A stretch of 64,000 nucleotides of DNA from a virus. The notes beneath the pieces are model-generated. The model was not told the origin of the DNA and did not search any database. It saw nothing but the letters and a program-made list of their open reading frames with translations. A program made the position numbers and the translations under genes. Shown here one piece after another: positions 29,911-37,783 of the stretch (the first letter of the stretch is position 1; each line of letters starts with the position of its first letter). The stretch is taken from positions 30,892 through 94,891 of IMG/VR virus record IMGVR_UViG_3300020192_000010. One strand, 5' to 3'.

Positions 29911-30417
29911 TCAAACTTTTTTCTTTAGTTCGTTAGCTTTCTCCTGCTTTTCTTTTCCTTCGAGCCCGTGATAATCAAGCATTCCGTCTACGTATTCGTT
30001 AGCTTCACCTTTTCCATATTGATCTGCAAGCCACTCTACCTGGTTCTGAAACCCTTCAACTTCAAATGGGTTATCGAGGTAATCGCCATCATCTGCGCCT
30101 TGCGTAGGCTCGGTGCCGGTAGTTTGCTGAAGCCAATGCGTAATCTCGTGAATACCGTAACCGAAGTCTTTAAAGAAGTCCCCGTCACATAGAAGTTTGT
30201 AATTAAAATAGATAATCCCATGGTCTGTCTTAGCCGAAACATCTAAATCAGAAAAACTAATAGGAATGTAGTCTATCTCCTCGATATCCACTCCATATTC
30301 ATTAAAAATGCTTTGCATTTGCTTGTTCTTTTTAAGGTAAACCCTCAAATTTGTAATAAGCGTCAGCAAAAGCTTAGGAGAAAACCCTCTAACTTCTTCT
30401 AAAGTATATTTCTTCAC
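29911..30417 (-). CDS. Zincin-like metallopeptidase domain protein
   Basis: IHEITHWLQ (HExxH) with downstream NPFEVE as a candidate third ligand. AGGAG RBS before the GTG start. Confidence 0.7.
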   Translation of the reverse strand: MKKYTLEEVRGFSPKLLLTLITNLRVYLKKNKQMQSIFNEYGVDIEEIDYIPISFSDLDVSAKTDHGIIYFNYKLLCDGDFFKDFGYGIHEITHWLQQTTGTEPTQGADDGDYLDNPFEVEGFQNQVEWLADQYGKGEANEYVDGMLDYHGLEGKEKQEKANELKKKV

Positions 30418-30475
30418 CTAACAGTCTCCTTCATTCTATTATATAGCGCTTTAGTGAGGGAAAGCTCAAATAAGG

Positions 30476-31375
30476 TTAGAAGAAGCGGCGGGCTCTCAGG
30501 TGGCGAAGGCGTTGCACGTTAGGGTTGGTCGTAGTGATCGTCATCGTGCCCAAACCCTTAGGAGCTGGGCGCATAGAGTTCTTAATGTACTTTAAATTCT
30601 CGTTATACGACGAAAGAGCTGACGAATACTGTGTCATCAGCATTTCCGATACCGTTGGTGGAACGAACGAGATGCCATTGTCAGTAATATTGAACTCTCG
30701 ACCTCGTTCAATCAGAGCCTGACTGGATAGAGCGTAAAGAGTAGCTCCTTGAACCAACATATTGATGAACTGGTCTATAATGGCAGTGTCTTCGTAAGTA
30801 AAATTAGTGAAATATGGAATTTCATTAAAATTACTCAACGACATAGCGCAAAACGTAACCAATAGATCTGTAGTAAAAATATCACAATCGATGTAAGTAA
30901 CGTTTCCGTTAGCGTCAATCTTCTTTGCCTTACCGCTGCTCTTCAAACGAGCGCGAAGGCCTTTGATAACCTTATCGATGTTGAATATAGCATTCTGGCT
31001 GTAGTTGAACCCGACATCGTCGCCCAAGTGGTAATAACCATCCGTATTGATGGCTGGCATTTGAGTATTATCAACAATGAATTGAAAATTGGCTTCAATG
31101 CTGGTACCCTGAAGTGTTCCGGTCCACTTGTCGATATAAACACCTACTGGTCCGCCGATACCTACTGCGTAATCGAAACCATATCGGCCCTCTTCGACTC
31201 GATAAATACCGGCAGACGTAGGGCCGAACGACACGAGCCCGCTAGGCAAGATTATACTGATAGTGGGATAGGCATCCAAATCTATTGGAGTGCCGGTTCC
31301 ATCTTTAAATAGTGCGCGTAACTGTACAGTGTCGGTAACTTGTACTAGCTCAGAGCGTTGACGGATTTGTGACAT
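30476..31375 (-). CDS. Putative head-tail adaptor with N-terminal Ig-like domain
   Basis: Beta-sandwich N-terminus and helical C-terminus with FNITDNGISF, as in adaptor proteins. Consistent position. Confidence 0.55.
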   Translation of the reverse strand: MSQIRQRSELVQVTDTVQLRALFKDGTGTPIDLDAYPTISIILPSGLVSFGPTSAGIYRVEEGRYGFDYAVGIGGPVGVYIDKWTGTLQGTSIEANFQFIVDNTQMPAINTDGYYHLGDDVGFNYSQNAIFNIDKVIKGLRARLKSSGKAKKIDANGNVTYIDCDIFTTDLLVTFCAMSLSNFNEIPYFTNFTYEDTAIIDQFINMLVQGATLYALSSQALIERGREFNITDNGISFVPPTVSEMLMTQYSSALSSYNENLKYIKNSMRPAPKGLGTMTITTTNPNVQRLRHLRARRFF

Positions 31376-31399
31376 AGAAGGCCCCTTGGGGTTTCCCCA

Positions 31400-31771
31400 T
31401 TAGCCGGGCGATACACTAAAATTCGCAAACGGCGCGTTAACATTTAGTTCGACGACTTCATTTTTAACAGTAGCATCCGGTTCTGTATACTCTACTATTA
31501 CCACGTAACTGCCTACGGCGGAGGCTCCGGATGGCAATTGAAATTTATACTGATAGACGCCTGTGGAAACAACAGTCATGTCCTGTGGAAACCCGGCTGC
31601 TGACGCTAGGCTTGGCATTACGACCTTGGTGATAGAAGGAACGTCATAACCATCGGTAAGAATTCCCGTAGAGGGCTCAAAAACCGAGATGGTTATCGTT
31701 GCTATTTGACCTGGGCTATAATGTAATATTGTGTGCATGCTCAACCTGTGAATATATTCAAATAAGCACAT
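31400..31771 (-). CDS. Ig-like virion protein (true start probably MHTILHY, near 31738)
   Basis: Resembles the N-terminus of 30476..31375 (TGVYQYKF...VGSYVV versus EGRYGFDY...VGVYID). Confidence 0.6.
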   Translation of the reverse strand: MCLFEYIHRLSMHTILHYSPGQIATITISVFEPSTGILTDGYDVPSITKVVMPSLASAAGFPQDMTVVSTGVYQYKFQLPSGASAVGSYVVIVEYTEPDATVKNEVVELNVNAPFANFSVSPG

Positions 31772-31790
31772 AGTACGGCATTAAAGTTGT

Positions 31791-32186
31791 ATGACTAGCA
31801 AGAATAAAGAATTGTGGATAACCAATCTATCTAAAGTAGACGTCAGCCTGGCTGATCTAAACGTTACGATACGTTCTTTTGCATCTGTCAATCTATTAGA
31901 CTCAAGACATTATAGCATTACCGAAACACAAGCAAATGCATCGATCAAATCTGGATCTATCTATAAGAAACGCGACAAAATCAGAGTAAGGGTTGCTGCG
32001 CCACCTCCGGCTCCAGCTATAACTATTTTACAACAAGAAACGTCTCTGCCTTCCAGGGCACGTTCCGGTATACCAAAACTTGTTCCATTGTATGAAGAAT
32101 ACAATGTCTCAGACGAACAGTACGCAGAAGAATTAGCTGAAACGGCTGAGCAGGACAGAAAACCACGTCATTCAAGAAATCAATGA
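31791..32186 (+). CDS. Hypothetical protein
   Basis: 131 aa ORF, first of three plus-strand genes. N-terminus resembles that of 41840..42484. Confidence 0.75.
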   Translation: MTSKNKELWITNLSKVDVSLADLNVTIRSFASVNLLDSRHYSITETQANASIKSGSIYKKRDKIRVRVAAPPPAPAITILQQETSLPSRARSGIPKLVPLYEEYNVSDEQYAEELAETAEQDRKPRHSRNQ

Positions 32187-32192
32187 GGCCAC

Positions 32193-32399
32193 ATGGGACA
32201 GAAAAAATCAACAATCATCAATACCCCTCAAGTAGCCTTCTACCCAATGACAAATACTGTCATTTCTTATGACGAAGAAGACGGGGACGTTACGGAAGAA
32301 AAATTCGATAGAATGCGGAAGATATTGAAGGAATACGAAGAGCTTAACAAATTATATGACCTTTGTATTAAGCGTATCCAGAGTCGCAACGAGAAATAA
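32193..32399 (+). CDS. Hypothetical protein
   Basis: 68 aa, GAGG RBS, operonic spacing. Confidence 0.65.
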   Translation: MGQKKSTIINTPQVAFYPMTNTVISYDEEDGDVTEEKFDRMRKILKEYEELNKLYDLCIKRIQSRNEK

Positions 32400-32411
32400 T
32401 CGAGGAAAGCC

Positions 32412-32852
32412 ATGCCAGCAGAACTACCACCAAAGCGCGGGACTACATTGACGCCAACTAAACGAGTGTCTCAGACTAATGAAGCTGATTTATCCAATCA
32501 GGACATTGGTCTACTTACCGTTCAGGATTTGAACAACATTCTTGAAGTAAATCAGAAGGCACTCACTATCTACCTCGAAGTAGAACGTCAAAATGAACAC
32601 GTCCTTGAAGTTCTTCAAGAAGAAGCCGATAAGCTTGATCGACTTGAAGTTATCGAAGACGAAGTTAAAGACGTGCGCCGTGACATCGCAACATTCAAAA
32701 AGTCGGTTGATGAAGTTGGAGATACTGCTAAAGAGATTAAGAAAAAGCTAGAAGACATAGATAAAAATATGTTTCGTCTAGTACTTATCCTCGGCAGCGC
32801 TGGCATCGGTACGATCATTACGATTATCCAGGCGTTCCTTACTCACAAATAA
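32412..32852 (+). CDS. Coiled-coil protein with C-terminal transmembrane anchor
   Basis: Heptad-rich middle followed by LVLILGSAGIGTIITIIQAFL. GAGGA RBS. Confidence 0.75.
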   Translation: MPAELPPKRGTTLTPTKRVSQTNEADLSNQDIGLLTVQDLNNILEVNQKALTIYLEVERQNEHVLEVLQEEADKLDRLEVIEDEVKDVRRDIATFKKSVDEVGDTAKEIKKKLEDIDKNMFRLVLILGSAGIGTIITIIQAFLTHK

Positions 32853-32975
32853 CTTACCTTCACGACGTGCCGCTTTGCGGCGGCGCTTCTCGTGTGTTTC
32901 CCACGTAGTCCAGCAACACGGACAGCCGCAACGCTGCCATTTGATGTCTCGTCTGGTCATTCCGTATGGACGCAT
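32778..32975 (-). CDS. Possible small basic Cys-rich protein
   Basis: Starts 12 nt after the cold-shock gene stop and contains CGCPCC and KRRRKAARR. Its 3' end overlaps the convergent gene by 75 nt. Confidence 0.4.
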   Translation of the reverse strand: MRPYGMTRRDIKWQRCGCPCCWTTWETHEKRRRKAARREGKLFVSKERLDNRNDRTDASAAEDKY

Positions 32976-32987
32976 TGAGCGAAGCCT

Positions 32988-33212
32988 TTACTGAAGTACT
33001 TGTACGTCGGTAGCTTTAGGTTGCCCTTTGTTATTTGTTCCGAGCGTGAACGAGACCTTATGGTCTTTCTTCAGGGTCTTGAATCCCTGAACCGTTATAT
33101 CGGAAAAATGAACAAACAGGTCTGGCAACTCGTCATCACGCTTGATGAATCCGTAGCCTTTTTTGCTGTCAAACCACACCACTACACCCTGTAAACGTTT
33201 CTCTTGTGACAT
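32988..33212 (-). CDS. csp: Cold-shock domain protein (CspA family)
   Basis: RNP1 KGYGFI, RNP2 LFVHFS, GFKTL and KGQPKATDV. Confidence 0.95.
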   Translation of the reverse strand: MSQEKRLQGVVVWFDSKKGYGFIKRDDELPDLFVHFSDITVQGFKTLKKDHKVSFTLGTNNKGQPKATDVQVLQ

Positions 33213-33214
33213 AC

Positions 33215-33481
33215 CTAAACTACTTTCTTTCCATCAATTTCAAGCGTACCTTCAGCTCCGAGTAACTTATGAATCTCCAACGCACCGAAAACTGCTATTT
33301 GTTTGCGTTCTTGCTCGTTTGTACAACGAAGCAATAACATATCTGTTCTAGCAAAAATTTGCCGTAGTTCATTTTCGAAACCCCAATACTTAGCTACGTT
33401 AATTAGTCTGTTGCGAGTCTCTTCTTCGGTATAAACTTTTGGCCCAGGTTTGTTTAGGGACTTACCTATCTTCTTCATCAA
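33215..33481 (-). CDS. Hypothetical protein
   Basis: 88 aa ORF tightly packed with its neighbours. Confidence 0.7.
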   Translation of the reverse strand: MMKKIGKSLNKPGPKVYTEEETRNRLINVAKYWGFENELRQIFARTDMLLLRCTNEQERKQIAVFGALEIHKLLGAEGTLEIDGKKVV

Positions 33482-33501
33482 TTTCTATATATCACAAGCA
33501 G

Positions 33502-33810
33502 TTACGCAATTTTAAACGACTTACCTGAAAATTCTACGTATGGTTTGTCAATTCCAGGAACGTTAGCATTACCATCTACTGAATAGATAAGCGTTCGTCC
33601 GTTGGGCGGATTAGTTGATGGATAAACTCCAATTATTTTAATCTTTCCACTATGAACCTTGGCGTGACAATTACTACAAAGAATGGCTAGATTGAACGGA
33701 TGGTTGGTACTTGTAACTATCGTTCTTTCTATTATGTGATGCAAATGCAGTGCAGCCGAGTCAGTCTCGCAGCAAGATTCGATTTCACATTTATCTTTAA
33801 CGAGCTTCAT
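33502..33810 (-). CDS. Small HNH endonuclease
   Basis: CEIESC...LHLHHII...NHPFNLAILCSNCHAKVH. Confidence 0.85.
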   Translation of the reverse strand: MKLVKDKCEIESCCETDSAALHLHHIIERTIVTSTNHPFNLAILCSNCHAKVHSGKIKIIGVYPSTNPPNGRTLIYSVDGNANVPGIDKPYVEFSGKSFKIA

Positions 33811-33827
33811 GCAGTAGCATATATCGC

Positions 33828-34154
33828 TTATTTACAGCCGTAAGCCTCTACACGAATAGTAACTGGTCCAGCAGAACCGGTTTTAACTCTAAACCAAATG
33901 GCAGAGCCGGGGCGGTCCTCAAAACTAAGTGCCGCACTTGCTTTTGTTGGCTGCAACTCACCGTGAACGGTATTTCCATTGAAGGAATACTCTATGATTT
34001 GAGATGTTGTGGTTCCTTCATTTTGAAGGGTTAAAAACCGCGCCTGAAAGGCCCACTGTACGTCAGACCCTACCGGAAATACGCTGTTGCTAATGGCTAC
34101 TTTTGAAAAGAAATTAAAGTCTTTTCCAATTACACGTTTAATTACGCTCATCAA
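33828..34154 (-). CDS. Hypothetical beta-rich (virion?) protein
   Basis: 108 aa, AGGAG RBS, IEYSFNG motif. Confidence 0.7.
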   Translation of the reverse strand: MMSVIKRVIGKDFNFFSKVAISNSVFPVGSDVQWAFQARFLTLQNEGTTTSQIIEYSFNGNTVHGELQPTKASAALSFEDRPGSAIWFRVKTGSAGPVTIRVEAYGCK

Positions 34155-34183
34155 AACTCCTAAAACGATACAACATTATGCAA

Positions 34184-34723
34184 TCATAATGAATTGACAA
34201 ACACTAACAGTAATTGTTTAGCTTGTTCTGGAGTTAGTCCGGCGTTTGATAAAGCTTCTCCAACACTTCCAGATGTAAGGTGTGTTGCTAATGGCTCATC
34301 CCAAATGGCCGCAGCAATACTTCCCACGTCAACACCAACAAGCGTCGCGCTAGAGGAGGCTGATGTTACTACCTGAGTAAATGCAGTTGAGTAGATGGGG
34401 GAGATATTTGTTGCGACAGCATCTACCGCTACTATATTACCGCCGCTTACTGTGCACTGAACGTAAGTAGGGCCAGGACGTGCTTCAAAAGCCAGAACGG
34501 CGTTCTGAAGTGTTAAGGTGATTCCTACCTGAACGCCTCCACCAAGGTTCTCTTTGCCAGCCGCGCTCGCAAGAAATTTATAAACCATATTTTGAGGGTC
34601 ATCTTCTGCCTCGCGGCACGTATCAAGAAGATCCTGAATAGTTATCTCCGCAGATGGAGATAAAACTGTTATAATTCGTGGTGACGAAAACCAGTCAACT
34701 ATAACATCAGACCTGGCTACCAT
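34184..34723 (-). CDS. Hypothetical virion-associated protein
   Basis: 179 aa. IAAAIWDEPLATH..GSVG motif is common in fibre-associated proteins. Confidence 0.65.
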   Translation of the reverse strand: MVARSDVIVDWFSSPRIITVLSPSAEITIQDLLDTCREAEDDPQNMVYKFLASAAGKENLGGGVQVGITLTLQNAVLAFEARPGPTYVQCTVSGGNIVAVDAVATNISPIYSTAFTQVVTSASSSATLVGVDVGSIAAAIWDEPLATHLTSGSVGEALSNAGLTPEQAKQLLLVFVNSL

Positions 34724-35081
34724 TTTTCTTCTCCAAAAACATAATCATATTTTCTTCATAATCCATTGACTCTTGCTCTGCGATAATAGCAGCTTTTAAA
34801 AGCATAACGGTTTGTGATCGTTTCTCGCGAGTTGATTTTAATTTTGGAATATCTTCTAAAATTAATACCTTGTCAGTTTCGTCTAATTTAGATAAACCTA
34901 AATCATGTTGACGTAATTTAGTTTCAAGAACCGCCTGCACCGTTTCTTCTTGTTGGGTAGCCTCTCGCTCACCTTTTATAGATGCTTCAAATAATAAAAT
35001 ATTTTCCTTGCGCTTATCTTGCAATTTGATAAGCGATATAAGATCATATTTTAGAGCTTCTCTTTCTAATTGTTTGCTCAT
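34707..35081 (-). CDS. Hypothetical coiled-coil protein
   Basis: 124 aa, overlapping operonic arrangement. Confidence 0.65.
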   Translation of the reverse strand: MSKQLEREALKYDLISLIKLQDKRKENILLFEASIKGEREATQQEETVQAVLETKLRQHDLGLSKLDETDKVLILEDIPKLKSTREKRSQTVMLLKAAIIAEQESMDYEENMIMFLEKKNGSQV

Positions 35082-35263
35082 TATTGTTTTTTCTCTTTAT
35101 CCAGTTCTATTAACTTAACAACTGGATCGGCTTCAGAACTAACTATATAAAGCAATTTAGTTCGTGTATCTGAAAGCTTAAATGGAGTTTCAATTGGGCT
35201 ACCTTCTTTTTTAGTATCCGCATCATTATATTTAACTGGTTTAACTGGTTTATTTTCACTCAT
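35081..35263 (-). CDS. Hypothetical protein
   Basis: 60 aa, GGAG RBS, TAATG overlap with the next gene. Confidence 0.6.
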   Translation of the reverse strand: MSENKPVKPVKYNDADTKKEGSPIETPFKLSDTRTKLLYIVSSEADPVVKLIELDKEKKQ

Positions 35264-35278
35264 ATGTTACTCCAGATA

Positions 35279-37708
35279 TCAGGTGAAGATCGAGTCAGCA
35301 GTTCTAATTACTGATACGTTCATTCCTGCCGAGGTGACGGTTGACTCCGTTTCGAATGGAAGAATTGTTCCTGCTTTACGCGCACGAACAAGAACTGGTA
35401 CGTTTGAAAGATAAGTTACGCTTACGCTCTCATCACCTGGAGAACCACCAGTTCCAACTGTTTCATAACTATCGATAATTGGCACATAAATAGTGTCTGA
35501 TACTGTCGTAGCTACCGGTAACGTATTAATTTCGTACGCATCCGAAATCCAGCTTGTAACTGGAGTAGTAGTTAGTTGGGTTTCTGAATCGACCGAAGCT
35601 ACATAAGCTATAACACCTTCGGTAGTATTACGAAGAAGATCTCCAACCTTAATTCCCCACGTTACGAACGTCGCAGCGGCGTCAACAAGAAGAATTGCAG
35701 AAGAGCCTGCGTCAGCAGTCAAGGCTGTACGTGAAGCCAACGTGAACGTTGCAGTTGCATAGCTGTTGTAGCGGAGTCTAAACTCTGTTTGAGCGCTGGT
35801 ATCTACGAGACGAACAACTCCACCAGTGCTTTTTCCAGGAGTGTCGTTTGTAATAGAGCTTCCGGCAATAAGTGTAGTTGCTCCGGCAGATTGTGCCGTT
35901 CCAAGATATTCGGCTTTATTAATGATACCACCAGCCGCTGTAAGACGGAAAACGCCAACTCTATCGGCTGCACGAGTATTAGATACTTGCACAGTAACTT
36001 TTGTTGGAGCAACTCTAGTTGCTCCTGTGTCATCAGTAAGTTGAAACTTGTTAACGTCAGCCGTTAAATAATTTTTCAAAACTACACCGGGTGCGGTGAA
36101 CCATGATCCTCCCGCGAAGATTCCGAATGGTGCGGCTCCAATTGGTGAGCTTGCGGTTGGTACGGCCGCAGAGACTTCATTAGAGGCAATGCGTCGAACT
36201 ATCTCTCCGTTCGCAAATGTTCCACGAGAGTTTCTTAGAACAAGAATTTTTGCGGTAGTATGATGCGCCACAACTGTTCCAGTGGCGCCACTGGTAACGC
36301 CACTAACGACAGTTCCTTCTGCAATGGATCCGGTTAGAGTTGTATATGATATACGATAGTCGTTACCAATATAACGCTCGCCCTCAATATCATCAGTTTT
36401 TGTTGTAGTAGTTCCGCCTCTACGCGTCAAGAACTGAGTAAATTGATATCCCTCTTGCACAGAACGTGTACCTAAAAGATCTATTGCAATTGAATAATTT
36501 TCAGGAGTTCCGTTTTCGTCAACGTCTTGAGTCGAATCATTTGCATGAGTGACTGTAATCGTATACCCAGCAAGAGTTGTATTTGATGGCGTAGCCGAGG
36601 TACATGTCCCAAGTGATGTATTGCCTTTAATAGTATTTGTGTTATCGAAATCGGTAAGGTCGCCAATCAAATAGTATGTTAACGTTGGTGTCGTTCCTGG
36701 CGAACCAGAAACGGCTGTAAGAACACCCTTTGCAGTGGCGGCAGAAAGAGCACCTGCGGCTGGGGTATAGATAACTTCACCGACAACAAATGTTCCGGTA
36801 CCAACAGTACTTGTAAACGTTCGATATCCTTGGAATTGATTGTTTAAGTCTGTTCCTGTTTGCAGAGGAATAGGGTTACGTCCACCGGCGCTTAGACCTG
36901 AGGTGAAGTGCGCATATGCTTGATTGCCCTGACGCGCGAATACGGTAACGAAACCACCATCTATTGATGTTCCTAATTCAGTAACTGGAACTAAAATATC
37001 AAATGCCCCATCTGGCCACCACGAGAAGGTTCCTTTATAAGCGGTTAGTTTAATTGCGTTTTGATAAACGTATTGTGATGTATTAGATACAAGCGTCGCG
37101 ATTCCGGTGTTATAAATATTAGCCCAAAGCATTTCTCCAGAAACGGCTGCCGTTGCCTGTGTTACTGATGCTGCCGAACCGCTCGTTACAGTGATTGTTC
37201 CAGAAGTTCCTGCCCAATCATTGCCTGCCGCAAATGATGCCGGTCTAATCCAAGCATATTTGACACCAGATACGTTTGCATAATCTAATAGTGTTCCGGT
37301 TGAAGTACTGGTTGCATTAGTAACTGTTTTACCGATATCGCCTGCAATAAAATCTGTGCCGGTTGTATAGGTGATTCGTACGATTCCGGTATTTGTTCCC
37401 GTAGCACGAAGCCAGCCGTTCGTCTTGAGCGCACCACCGTAAAGATGTTCTACAGTTGAGCGATCGATGAACCAAGGATCTTTATCGGAAGGATCGATGA
37501 CGCCGATAGTATATTCGGTTGGAGTCTGCGCACTAATGGCCGAACCATCATCCATCTGATTAAGCTCATCCAAAAGATCGGCAAGAGCAGAGTACAGTTG
37601 GTTTACGGTACGGGTTCCGGTAGCGGAACCGGTCCAAACGACGCGTTTTTGGCGCGTTTCAGCAAGGTAGTATACGGTGAAATCGCCGCCAAGAATTGTA
37701 TCACTCAT
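35279..37708 (-). CDS. Large Thr/Gly-rich virion structural protein
   Basis: 809 aa, beta-rich, with repeated F..GE.V....SGATG motifs. Confidence 0.6.
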   Translation of the reverse strand: MSDTILGGDFTVYYLAETRQKRVVWTGSATGTRTVNQLYSALADLLDELNQMDDGSAISAQTPTEYTIGVIDPSDKDPWFIDRSTVEHLYGGALKTNGWLRATGTNTGIVRITYTTGTDFIAGDIGKTVTNATSTSTGTLLDYANVSGVKYAWIRPASFAAGNDWAGTSGTITVTSGSAASVTQATAAVSGEMLWANIYNTGIATLVSNTSQYVYQNAIKLTAYKGTFSWWPDGAFDILVPVTELGTSIDGGFVTVFARQGNQAYAHFTSGLSAGGRNPIPLQTGTDLNNQFQGYRTFTSTVGTGTFVVGEVIYTPAAGALSAATAKGVLTAVSGSPGTTPTLTYYLIGDLTDFDNTNTIKGNTSLGTCTSATPSNTTLAGYTITVTHANDSTQDVDENGTPENYSIAIDLLGTRSVQEGYQFTQFLTRRGGTTTTKTDDIEGERYIGNDYRISYTTLTGSIAEGTVVSGVTSGATGTVVAHHTTAKILVLRNSRGTFANGEIVRRIASNEVSAAVPTASSPIGAAPFGIFAGGSWFTAPGVVLKNYLTADVNKFQLTDDTGATRVAPTKVTVQVSNTRAADRVGVFRLTAAGGIINKAEYLGTAQSAGATTLIAGSSITNDTPGKSTGGVVRLVDTSAQTEFRLRYNSYATATFTLASRTALTADAGSSAILLVDAAATFVTWGIKVGDLLRNTTEGVIAYVASVDSETQLTTTPVTSWISDAYEINTLPVATTVSDTIYVPIIDSYETVGTGGSPGDESVSVTYLSNVPVLVRARKAGTILPFETESTVTSAGMNVSVIRTADSIFT

Positions 37709-37783
37709 TTATTTAATCCCTAAATCTCTATTAGAATTATATTCTAACATAATGCTAAACTAATAGTTAGTTGTGTATTTTTT

